NCBI GenBank assembly: GCA_040218735.1
Contig: JAVJQW010000049.1
Coordinates: 209,016 to 273,015 of the forward strand
Origin: Deltaproteobacteria bacterium
GTDB lineage: Bacteria; Myxococcota; Kuafuiibacteriia; Kuafuiibacteriales; Kuafuiibacteriaceae
Direction: 5' to 3'
Length of the DNA: 64,000 nt
Position numbers and translations under genes: made by a program. Below the pieces are notes generated by a model. That model was not told the DNA's origin and did not search any database. It saw only the letters and a list, made by a program, of their open reading frames with translations. Positions within the stretch are counted from its first letter, which is position 1. The number at the start of each line of letters is the position of its first letter. Positions 48,293 through 56,764 of this stretch are shown here, one piece after another.

Positions 48293-48347
48293 GCTGGATA
48301 GATCCCTATTGTGCGGTATTATCGGATGAGCCCCGACATTTGGTGCT

Positions 48348-49004
48348 TCAATTCGACGGGCGGCGCCCGCGGAGCACGGCGGTGATCTCGGCGACGATCG
48401 AGGTCGCGATCTCCGCGGGGGACTTCGCGCCGATGTCGAGGCCGATCGGGCCGTGGATGCGCCCGATGGTCGCGGCGTCGAAGCCGCGCGCCTCGAACCG
48501 CTCCGTCCGACTCGCGTGCGTGCGCTTGCTCCCGAGCGCGCCGATGTAGAAGGCGTCGCTCTTCAGCGCGACGGCCAACGCCGGGTCGTCGATCTTCGGA
48601 TCGTGCGACAGCAACACCACCGCCGTCCGGTGGTCGGGCGCCAGCCGCTCCAGCGCCTCGTCTGGCCAGTCGTCGGTCCGCTCGACGTCCGCGAACCGCT
48701 CCGCGCGCAGGAAGGCGCCGCGCGGATCGATCACCGTCACCGCGTACCCCAGCTCCTTCGCCATCACGGTCAGGATCTGCGCGACGTGCACCGCGCCGAT
48801 GATCAACATCCGTAGCGGAGGGTTGAACGGGTGCACGAACGTCCCGTCCTCGACCGACGCCCGGTCGCTGTCCAACGCCGCCGACGCCGCCGCGTCCTCG
48901 CGCGCGGCGATACGCTCGGCGCCCGACTCCAGGTCCACGATCCGACACACCGCACGTTTGTCGGCGGCCGCGGCGAGCAGGGCATCCAGCGTCGAGCGTT
49001 TCAC
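48348..49004 (-). CDS. XdhC-family protein, C-terminal Rossmann part
   Basis: IIGAVHVAQ, SHDPKID, FYIGALGS, GPIGLDIGAKSPAEIA; GTG start at 49004. Confidence 0.87.
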   Translation of the reverse strand: MKRSTLDALLAAAADKRAVCRIVDLESGAERIAAREDAAASAALDSDRASVEDGTFVHPFNPPLRMLIIGAVHVAQILTVMAKELGYAVTVIDPRGAFLRAERFADVERTDDWPDEALERLAPDHRTAVVLLSHDPKIDDPALAVALKSDAFYIGALGSKRTHASRTERFEARGFDAATIGRIHGPIGLDIGAKSPAEIATSIVAEITAVLRGRRPSN

Positions 49005-49315
49005 GTCAGGGCCTCCACGTAGACCTCGATGGTCCCGCCGCACGCGAGGCCGACGTCCCACGCTTCCTCGTCGCTCACCCCGAACCGCAGCAGCTTCGGC
49101 GCCTTCGACGCCATGATCTGCGCCGCTTCGTCCACGACCCGCCCCTCCACACACCCCCCCGACACGGAGCCGACGAACAAAAGATCGTCGCGCACGATCA
49201 GGAGGCTCCCGGCGGGGCGGGGGGAGCTCCCCCAGGTGCGGACGACGGTGGCGATGGCGACCGCGTGTCCTGCGTCGTGCCATTCACGTGCGGTCTCGAG
49301 CAGCTCGGTGGACAT
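49001..49315 (-). CDS. XdhC/CoxI N-terminal domain protein
   Basis: ATVVRTWGSSPRPAG, GSVSGGCVEG, GLACGGTIEV. Confidence 0.88.
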   Translation of the reverse strand: MSTELLETAREWHDAGHAVAIATVVRTWGSSPRPAGSLLIVRDDLLFVGSVSGGCVEGRVVDEAAQIMASKAPKLLRFGVSDEEAWDVGLACGGTIEVYVEALT

Positions 49316-49387
49316 GCTCCGCGCAGGCTACCCAATTCACGCCACGACGTCTCGGCGGGTGTGCGCCCGGCGGGTTAACGTCCCGCC

Positions 49388-50143
49388 ATGACCGAAGGCC
49401 GCTTCTCGGACCACTTCTCCAACGACTCCGCCGAGTACCGTCGCGCGCGTCCGCGTTACCCGATGGCGCTGTTCGAGCACGTCGTCTCGCTCGCGCCGGG
49501 GCGCTCCCTCGCGTGGGACTGCGCGACCGGGAACGGCCAAGCCGCGCTGTCCGTCGCGGAGCACTTCGACCGCGTCGTCGCGACCGACGCGAGCAAGGAG
49601 CAGCTGAGCCACGCTGCGCCGCACCCGAAGGTCGAGTACCGCAACGCCCTCGCACACGAGAGCGGCCTCGACGCCGACAGCGTTGACCTCCTCACCATCG
49701 CGGCCGCGCTGCACTGGTTCGCCAAGGACGACTTCTTCGCCGAGGTGCGTCGCGTCCTGAAGCCGGGCGGCGTCATCGCCGCGTGGTCCTACGGCGCGCG
49801 CATCGAAGTCGACCCGAAGGTCGACGAGGCCATCCTCCGCTTCGGCGCCGAGGTCCTCGGCCCGTACTGGCCGCCGGAGTTCCAGTACAACGTGAGCGGC
49901 TACCGAGACCTGCCGTTCCCGTTCGAAGAGATCGATCCGCCGAGCGTCGACGTCGCCGTCGACTGGACGATCGAAGACCTCATCAGCAACGTCCGCACCT
50001 GGTCCGGCTACTCCGGCTTCACGAAGCAGAACGGACGCGAGCCGCTCGAAGAGCTCGAGTCGCGTTTACGACCCGCGTGGGGTGAGCACACCACCCGGAC
50101 CGTGCGGTGGCCGCTCCACTTCAAGATCGGCCGGGTGACCTGA
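49388..50143 (+). CDS. Class I SAM-dependent methyltransferase
   Basis: FSDHFS, RPRYP, WDCATGNGQ, ALHWF, VLKPGG. Confidence 0.88.
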   Translation: MTEGRFSDHFSNDSAEYRRARPRYPMALFEHVVSLAPGRSLAWDCATGNGQAALSVAEHFDRVVATDASKEQLSHAAPHPKVEYRNALAHESGLDADSVDLLTIAAALHWFAKDDFFAEVRRVLKPGGVIAAWSYGARIEVDPKVDEAILRFGAEVLGPYWPPEFQYNVSGYRDLPFPFEEIDPPSVDVAVDWTIEDLISNVRTWSGYSGFTKQNGREPLEELESRLRPAWGEHTTRTVRWPLHFKIGRVT

Positions 50144-50144
50144 C

Positions 50145-52130
50145 GTGGCTCGGCGGACGCTCCGGCTCGGCGCCGAGACGATCACGTTGCCGCGCGGCAC
50201 CCGCGTCGTGCTGCGCGTCGACGTCCCCGGCGACGGTTTCCTCCACCGCCAGGCCTCGATCGCCACCGTGCAGGACGTCCACAAGAACACGTACTCGCTC
50301 GTCACCCCCAGCGGTCGGACGCTGACTGCGCAGCGCGACCAGATCGCCGTGCAGCGCCAGGACCTCCTCGCGGACCTCGGGCAGCGCAAGGCGGACTTCG
50401 AGAGCCTCGCCGAGCACGTCGTCTACGCGGCCGTGGTCGGGAGTCAGGCATGGGGCCTCGCCGGGCCCGACTCCGACGAGGACGTGCGCGGCGCGTTCGT
50501 CCTCCCGTTCGACAGCTACACCTCGCTGTGGGACGCACCCGACGAAATCCAGGACCCGGCCGGTGACCGTGCGTTCTGGGAGATCGAGAAGCTCCTGCAC
50601 CAGGGCCTGCGCGGCGACGCCAACACCCTCGAGTGCCTGTGGACGCCGCTCGTGAAGTCCGCGACGCCGATCGGCGAGCGGCTCCGCGGCGAGCGACGGA
50701 TGTTCGTCTCGATGAACGTCCTCGGCAGCTTCGGCCGCTACGCGCAGAGTCAGTTCAAGAAGATCGAGCGGTCGCTGGAGCGCAACGCCGCGCTCACGCA
50801 CCTGCTCGCCGGGATCAAGGCGGGCATCGACTCGATCGACGGCGCCGCCGCGCACCTTACGGACGGCGACGACAAGACCCGCCGCCGCGAGATCACCGCG
50901 ATGGTGCGGTCGACGTTCGACCGTGGCCTGATCGATCGCGCGGACTTCGGCGCGATGGTCGAAGCGGTGCGCACGGGGCGGCGCGCCGAGCTCGAGCCTG
51001 GCCCCCACCGGCCGAAGAACGCCTACAACCTGCTGCGGCTGTTGCACTCGTGCCTGTCCTGGCTCCGCACGGGCGAGCCGTTGATCGAGGTGACCGGCGA
51101 GCTGCACGCGACGCTCCTCGCGATCAAGCAGCAGCGGACGCCGATCGAGGACACCCTCGCGCGCGCGCAGGCGGTCGCGGCCGAGATCGACGAAGCCGCC
51201 CACGAAGCGAAGCTCCCCGAGTCCCCCGACTACGACGCGGCCGACCGGCTCCTCCGCGACGCACGTCGTGCTCAGGCGCGCGTCGCGCTGGCGGTGCCGG
51301 GCCCCATCGCCACCGACGCGCTCGCACCGACGCTCCTCCCGGTGGCGTTGCCGCCGGACGTGGACGTCGACTCGATGCGCCGGTTCCTCACCGAACGCGG
51401 ACAGCCGGAACGCGGGCGCACGATGTGGATCGCACTTTCAGGAGCGCATGCGTACGGCTTCCCGTCGGTGGACTCCGACCTGGACGTGAAGGGCACCTTC
51501 GTCGCGCCCTCGCGCGACGCGATCGGCTTCGCGGGTGTGCCGCCCGCCACCGACTTCCTCGGTGACTTCGCCGGCCGCGAGTACGACCTCACGCTCAACG
51601 AGATCGATCGCACCGCGCGTTCGATCCTCACGGGCAACGGCAACTACATCGAGCGTTTCCTCGGGCCGCTCCCGCTCCTGACCACGGAGCTCGGCCGGCG
51701 CTTCGGTGCGCTCGTCGCGAAGAACCTCAGCCGTCAGGTGTACGGACACTACCGCGGCTTCTCGGCGCAGGTGCGCAAGCGCTACGAGGCGGAAGCCGCC
51801 GAGGACAAGCGGATCGCCAAGCGGTTGCTCTACGTGTACCGCACCGCGCTCACCGGGCTGCACCTGTTGAAGACCGGCGAGGTCGAGACCGACGCGACGA
51901 AGATCGCGAGCACCTACGGGTTCGATAGCGTCCACGCCCTCGCGCGGATCAAGGCGTCCGAAGAGAGACGATCGCTGTCGGCCGAAGAGGCCGCGCCGTA
52001 CGTCGCCGACCTCGACGCGTTGGACGCCGCGCTCGCGGCCGCCCACGAAGCGAGCATCCTGCCCGAGGCCCCCGCCGAGGCGGACGCCCTGGAGGACTTC
52101 GTCGTGTCGCTGCGCCTCGGGTCGATCTGA
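50145..52130 (+). CDS. Protein with two Pol-beta-like nucleotidyltransferase (RlaP/YcgL-like) domains
   Basis: GSQAWGLAGPDSDEDVRG and SGAHAYGFPSVDSDLDVKG motifs; KNAYNLLRLL and KRLLYVYR helices. Confidence 0.8.
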   Translation: MARRTLRLGAETITLPRGTRVVLRVDVPGDGFLHRQASIATVQDVHKNTYSLVTPSGRTLTAQRDQIAVQRQDLLADLGQRKADFESLAEHVVYAAVVGSQAWGLAGPDSDEDVRGAFVLPFDSYTSLWDAPDEIQDPAGDRAFWEIEKLLHQGLRGDANTLECLWTPLVKSATPIGERLRGERRMFVSMNVLGSFGRYAQSQFKKIERSLERNAALTHLLAGIKAGIDSIDGAAAHLTDGDDKTRRREITAMVRSTFDRGLIDRADFGAMVEAVRTGRRAELEPGPHRPKNAYNLLRLLHSCLSWLRTGEPLIEVTGELHATLLAIKQQRTPIEDTLARAQAVAAEIDEAAHEAKLPESPDYDAADRLLRDARRAQARVALAVPGPIATDALAPTLLPVALPPDVDVDSMRRFLTERGQPERGRTMWIALSGAHAYGFPSVDSDLDVKGTFVAPSRDAIGFAGVPPATDFLGDFAGREYDLTLNEIDRTARSILTGNGNYIERFLGPLPLLTTELGRRFGALVAKNLSRQVYGHYRGFSAQVRKRYEAEAAEDKRIAKRLLYVYRTALTGLHLLKTGEVETDATKIASTYGFDSVHALARIKASEERRSLSAEEAAPYVADLDALDAALAAAHEASILPEAPAEADALEDFVVSLRLGSI

Positions 52131-52153
52131 AAACGTGATAGCGTCCGGTCGGC

Positions 52154-54250
52154 GTGCGCAACCGGTGGTTCCATCGGCCGCTGTACCACGCGGCGTCGAC
52201 CGGCGCTCCGAAGCGCTCCGGGTGGTTGGAGCTGTTCTTCGACCTCGTCTTCGTCGCGGCCTTCCTGCAGCTCGGAGGCGGCCTCGCGAAGGAGGTGTCG
52301 TTCGAACGCGCCGCGGTGTTCGCGGCGGTGTTCGTCGCGCTGTGGGTCGCGTGGAGCGGGCTGACGTTCGTCAAGAACCGCTACACGGTCGACGACTTCC
52401 TGCACCGCGCGTTGGTGTTCCTGCAGATCCTCGCGGTGGGGGCGATGGCGCTCGCCGCACCGGACGTGCTCGTCGGGGACGTTCGTGCCTTCGCGATCGC
52501 GTCGGGCGTCGCTCAGCTGCTCGTCGCCGTCATGTACGGGCGCGCGTATGTGCAGGTCGAGGACGGGCGCCCGTACGCGCGTTACTGGGGGCTCATCTTC
52601 GCGCTCGGCGGCGTCCTGTGGGTGGGCTCCGCGTGGATCCCGGCGCCGTACTACGCGGCCCCGTGGGCGATCGCGACGCTCGTGCTGCTGGGGGCGCCGC
52701 TGTCGCGTCAGTCGCGCGCCGTCACGGAGCGTGACCCGATCGATCACGGTCACCTCGCGGAGCGCTACGGGCTGCTGACGATCATCGTCCTCGGTGAGTC
52801 GTTCGTGAAGGCGCTGATGGCCCTCGCGGAGTCGGACATGGGGGCGATCGCGTTCGCGCGGGTCGGTGTGGTGCTGATCGTGACCTACGCGTTGTGGTGG
52901 ATCTACTTCGACGACGTCGCAGGAGCGAAGCTGAGGGGCGGCGCGGCGGCGTTCGTCGTCTGGCTGTACGCGCACGTGACGCTACCGCTCGGCATCACGG
53001 CGGTGGGCGTCGGGCTGCAACACCTGGTGACGTTCTCCTGGTCGACTCCGGCCGCGCCCGAGCACCGCTACTTGATCGCGGGGGCGCTCGCGCTGACGTT
53101 CATGTCGGTCGCGGCGATCGACTCGGTGTGCGAGCGCAAGGTCGCGGAGCTCTCCGACCGCGCACGCGTCAACGTGCGCTGGATGTCGGGGGTCTTCCTG
53201 CTCGTCCTCGCGGCGGCGGGCGACGCGATGTCCGGCGGGATGTTCATGGTCCTCGTCACCGCGGTGTGCGTCGCGCACGTCGTCTTCGACATGGCGATGG
53301 CGCCCTTCGAGGAGGCCGAGCACCTCGAGATCGGCCACCGCCCGATCGCCGAGCTCGCGAAGTCCGGCGAGGAACCCGAGGAGGCGCCGCGCCGGTGGGA
53401 CGTCTCCGACGCAGTGCGCGTGGGGACGCCCAGCTCCGTGCGGAGCGACCTGTACTTCTACTTCATGCACGGGAGCTGGACGCGGGTGTTCGTCGCGTTT
53501 GCGTTGGTGTTCCTCGTCGCGAACCTGTTCTTCGCCGCGCTGTTCCTCCTCGAGCCGGGCGCGGTGGCCAACGCGGAGCCGCGCTCGTTCGCGGACGCGT
53601 TCTTCTTCTCGGTGCAGACGATGTCGACGATCGGGTACGGCACGCTCTCGCCCGCGACGCCCTACGCCGATGCGATCGTCACGGTGGAGGCGGCGGTCGC
53701 GATCGTCGGCACCGCGGTCATCACGGGTTTGGTGTTCGCCAAGGCGAGCCGCGCGAAGTCGAGCGTGCTGTTCTCGAACCCCATCGTGGTCACGAGGGTC
53801 GACGGTCAGGACGTCCTGATGATCAGGGCGGGCAACGCGCGCGGGAACGAGGTCGTCGACGCGTCGATGGACTTCACGGTGATCCTCGACGAGACCTCGA
53901 AGGAGGGCCGACACCTGCGGCGCCTCCACGCGCTGAAGCTCGCCCGGAACCGCTCGCCGATGTTCGTGCTGTCGTGGCTGGTGATGCACACGATCGACGA
54001 GGACAGCCCGTTGTACGGCATCGAGTGGGACGGCCCGCAGATGAAGAACGCGATCTTCGTGGCGACGTTGATCGGGCACGACGGCACGTACGGTCAGACG
54101 ATCTACGCTCGGAAGGTCTACTACTACGAGGACCTGCGGTGTGACGCGCACTTCGTCGACATCATGAGTCAGCTCGAGGACGGGCGCCTGATGATCGACT
54201 TCGCGCACTTCCACGACACCGAGGCCGACGAGTTGCCGTCCGACGCGTGA
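52154..54250 (+). CDS. LtrA (low temperature requirement A) domain fused to KirBac-type potassium channel
   Basis: WLELFFDLVFV, HLAERYGLLTIIVLGES, WWIYF; then FFFSVQTMSTIGYG, RAGNARGN, WLVMHTIDEDSPLYG. Confidence 0.85.
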   Translation: MRNRWFHRPLYHAASTGAPKRSGWLELFFDLVFVAAFLQLGGGLAKEVSFERAAVFAAVFVALWVAWSGLTFVKNRYTVDDFLHRALVFLQILAVGAMALAAPDVLVGDVRAFAIASGVAQLLVAVMYGRAYVQVEDGRPYARYWGLIFALGGVLWVGSAWIPAPYYAAPWAIATLVLLGAPLSRQSRAVTERDPIDHGHLAERYGLLTIIVLGESFVKALMALAESDMGAIAFARVGVVLIVTYALWWIYFDDVAGAKLRGGAAAFVVWLYAHVTLPLGITAVGVGLQHLVTFSWSTPAAPEHRYLIAGALALTFMSVAAIDSVCERKVAELSDRARVNVRWMSGVFLLVLAAAGDAMSGGMFMVLVTAVCVAHVVFDMAMAPFEEAEHLEIGHRPIAELAKSGEEPEEAPRRWDVSDAVRVGTPSSVRSDLYFYFMHGSWTRVFVAFALVFLVANLFFAALFLLEPGAVANAEPRSFADAFFFSVQTMSTIGYGTLSPATPYADAIVTVEAAVAIVGTAVITGLVFAKASRAKSSVLFSNPIVVTRVDGQDVLMIRAGNARGNEVVDASMDFTVILDETSKEGRHLRRLHALKLARNRSPMFVLSWLVMHTIDEDSPLYGIEWDGPQMKNAIFVATLIGHDGTYGQTIYARKVYYYEDLRCDAHFVDIMSQLEDGRLMIDFAHFHDTEADELPSDA

Positions 54251-54268
54251 TTCGCGAGGCTCTCGGAC

Positions 54269-54868
54269 ATGAACGACGCCCAAGCGGTCCTCGACTTCTG
54301 GTTCGGCGAGCTCGACGCGGAAGGTCACGCGGACGCGGCCCACAAGAAACGCTGGTGGATGAAGGACCCGGCGTTCGACGAAGAGATCCGCACGCGGTTC
54401 CTCGCGCTCTACGAACGCATCGTGGCGGGGGAGCACGAGGACTGGCGCGACACGGCGCGGGGCGCGCTCGCGTACATCATCGTGCTCGATCAGTTCTCGA
54501 GAAACATGTTCCGCGACACCGGCCGCATGTACGCCGCGGACGACCGCGCCGTCGCGGCGACGAAGGGCGCCGTGGAGCGCGGCCTCGACCGTGAGCTCGG
54601 TCCCGCGGAGCGGACGTTCCTCTACATGCCGCTGATGCACAGCGAACAGCTCGGCGATCAGGAGGACTGCGTGAGCCTCTTCGAGCGCCTCGAGGCCGAG
54701 CTGGAGGGGGCCGCGGCGCAGGCGGTCGCGCAGAACGTGGACTACGCGAAGCGTCACCGGGACATCGTCGCGCGGTTCTCACGTTTCCCGCACCGGAACC
54801 ACCTCGTGGACCGCCCGACGACGGACGAGGAAGCGGAGTTCCTGAAGCAGCCCGGCTCGTCGTTCTGA
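54269..54868 (+). CDS. DUF924-family protein
   Basis: VLDFWF, IIVLDQFSRNMFR, FLYMPLMHSE, RFPHRN, FLKQPGSSF. Confidence 0.88.
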   Translation: MNDAQAVLDFWFGELDAEGHADAAHKKRWWMKDPAFDEEIRTRFLALYERIVAGEHEDWRDTARGALAYIIVLDQFSRNMFRDTGRMYAADDRAVAATKGAVERGLDRELGPAERTFLYMPLMHSEQLGDQEDCVSLFERLEAELEGAAAQAVAQNVDYAKRHRDIVARFSRFPHRNHLVDRPTTDEEAEFLKQPGSSF

Positions 54869-54921
54869 GCGCGCCGCACCCCTATTGTCAGCGGGCGGAA
54901 GATCGCCGATCAACCGCACTC

Positions 54922-55617
54922 ATGAACCTCGACTTGCTCTCGACGATCGCCGGCACCCTCGGCGGCTCCACCCTGGACGATCTCTCGAATCAGATCGGCG
55001 CGCCGAAGGAGAAGACGCAGTCCGCGCTCTCCGCTGCGCTGCCGATGTTGCTCGGCGGGCTCGCGAAGAACACGCAGTCCGACGAAGGCGCGGCGTCGCT
55101 CGCCGCGGCGGTCGAACGTGATCACGACGGCTCGATCCTCGACCAGGTCGGCGGCCTCCTCGGTGGAGGAGGCGGCGGCGGTGGGGGCCTCGGCGCGCTC
55201 GCCGGCCTCGCGGGTGGCCTCCTCGGTGGCGGCGGCGGTGGCGGCGCGAAGGCGCTCGACGGCGGCGCGATCCTCGGACACATCCTGGGCGCGAAGCGGC
55301 CCGCGGTGGAGCAGGGCGTCGCGAAGGCGAGCGGCCTCGACCTCGGGCAGGCGGCGAAGCTCCTCACGCTCCTCGCGCCGATCATCATGGGCGCGATCGG
55401 GAAGATGAAGCAGTCCGGCGGCCTCGACGCGGGTGGCCTCGCGGGCCTGCTGCAGAGCGCGGCCGGTGGGCTCGAGCCGACGCAGCCCGGCAACGAGGGC
55501 GCGGGGCTGCTCGGATCGTTGCTCGACCAGGACGACGACGGCCAGGTCGCCGACGACATCGCCGCCCTCGGCGCCAAGGTCTTCTCGAACGGCGGCCTCG
55601 GCGGCCTCTTCGGGTAG
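54922..55617 (+). CDS. DUF937-family Gly-rich protein
   Basis: HDGSILD, DGGAILGHILG, LAPIIMG, LLDQDDDG. Confidence 0.8.
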   Translation: MNLDLLSTIAGTLGGSTLDDLSNQIGAPKEKTQSALSAALPMLLGGLAKNTQSDEGAASLAAAVERDHDGSILDQVGGLLGGGGGGGGGLGALAGLAGGLLGGGGGGGAKALDGGAILGHILGAKRPAVEQGVAKASGLDLGQAAKLLTLLAPIIMGAIGKMKQSGGLDAGGLAGLLQSAAGGLEPTQPGNEGAGLLGSLLDQDDDGQVADDIAALGAKVFSNGGLGGLFG

Positions 55618-55620
55618 GCG

Positions 55621-56316
55621 CTAGAGGTCCGACAGCGACAGCTGGACGCTCGGCGCCTCCGTGAGGCGCTGGATGCGTTCGCGGATGTGATCGTTGGTCG
55701 GGTCGAACTCGAACTGCACGCCGATCCACCGGACGTCGTCGCCTTCCCCCGCCAGCGGCTTGCACTGCCGCACGATCCCTCGCACCGCCGTGAAGCGCTG
55801 CTCGTTCGGGAGCTGCACCATGACTTCGACCGTCGTGCCGGCTTCGACGTGGTACGTCGGGTTCGTCACGCGCATCCCGCAGCCGCCGGAGGAGATGTCG
55901 CGGATCTGCACCATCTCCCGGCGGTCCTCATCGAGCCGAAGGACGCCGCGCAGGTTGATGCGCACGCGATCCTCGCGGCGGCGCGCGAACTCCTGAATGA
56001 GCTCGGGCGGCGCGACGAAGAGGAGGTCGGCCGGGGTGTGCTGCGTGTGGAGCACCGTCGTCGAAAAGCCCATCACGCGGTCCCCTTCGAGGTAGCGCGC
56101 AATGCAACGACTCGAGACGGGCGGCTCGACGGTTCGACCGTCGACGCTCGGCGACTCGAACAGCAGGAAACGGTCTGCCTTGTGGCCGACCAGGGTCACG
56201 ACGGCGGTGTGATAGTCGCCGTCGTGACGAACCGTCAGCTGCATCTGCGTCCCGACCCGAACCGCCCGCTTCGCGGTCGCCGCTTGCAGGCCGGGGATCG
56301 GAGCGGTCGAGAGCAT
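55621..56316 (-). CDS. YcgR-like (flagellar brake) PilZ-domain protein
   Basis: c-di-GMP-binding motifs RREDR (RxxxR) and DISSGG (DxSxxG); N-terminal YcgR-like beta domain. Confidence 0.8.
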   Translation of the reverse strand: MLSTAPIPGLQAATAKRAVRVGTQMQLTVRHDGDYHTAVVTLVGHKADRFLLFESPSVDGRTVEPPVSSRCIARYLEGDRVMGFSTTVLHTQHTPADLLFVAPPELIQEFARRREDRVRINLRGVLRLDEDRREMVQIRDISSGGCGMRVTNPTYHVEAGTTVEVMVQLPNEQRFTAVRGIVRQCKPLAGEGDDVRWIGVQFEFDPTNDHIRERIQRLTEAPSVQLSLSDL

Positions 56317-56327
56317 CGGTAACCTCC

Positions 56328-56354
56328 GTATCGGCCGCTACCGGCGCGACTTGA
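56328..56354 (-). promoter_or_regulatory. Sigma28 (FliA)-type promoter candidate
   Basis: TCAAG-N14-GCCGATAC followed by GGAGG RBS and the ATG of the PilZ gene. Confidence 0.6.
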
Positions 56355-56363
56355 GGCCACCGC

Positions 56364-56669
56364 TCAGCGTCGCGCGATGCGCTGATCGTGCAGGTGTCGA
56401 AGCTGACGCTCCACCAACTGGAAGGTGTCCCGCACCGAGCTCTCCATCGTGGCGTCCGGGGATTCGGCGGTCGCGTGGGAGATGACGATCGGCTCGTGGT
56501 GGGGGACGTTGACGACGACCTTCACCGACGGCCCGGACTCCAGCACCACACGGCAGCTCTGGACGCGGTCGTAGAAGTGCGGGAGGCGCTCGACGCGCTC
56601 ACGCACGAGCGTCTCGACGTGGTTCTCATGAGGAATGCCGTGGAACGTGATTTCGTGTTCGAGGGTCAT
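56364..56669 (-). CDS. HPF/RaiA-family ribosome-associated protein
   Basis: ITFHGI..VRERVERL..CRVVLE..VRDTFQLVERQL pattern; ATG at 56669. Confidence 0.7.
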   Translation of the reverse strand: MTLEHEITFHGIPHENHVETLVRERVERLPHFYDRVQSCRVVLESGPSVKVVVNVPHHEPIVISHATAESPDATMESSVRDTFQLVERQLRHLHDQRIARR

Positions 56670-56764
56670 GCCTCGAAGCATTCCAAGAACGGTGCCAGCG
56701 CCCGGTAACGTCGCGAAATCGCCCGTGTGTTACCGATGCGTGACGCCAGCACCGTTCCTGTCAC

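Noticed and set aside
56683-56697. Sigma54-like site upstream of the HPF-like gene (TGGCAC-N5-TTGG)
   Set aside because: The -12 position is GG rather than GC and the site leaves almost no leader.
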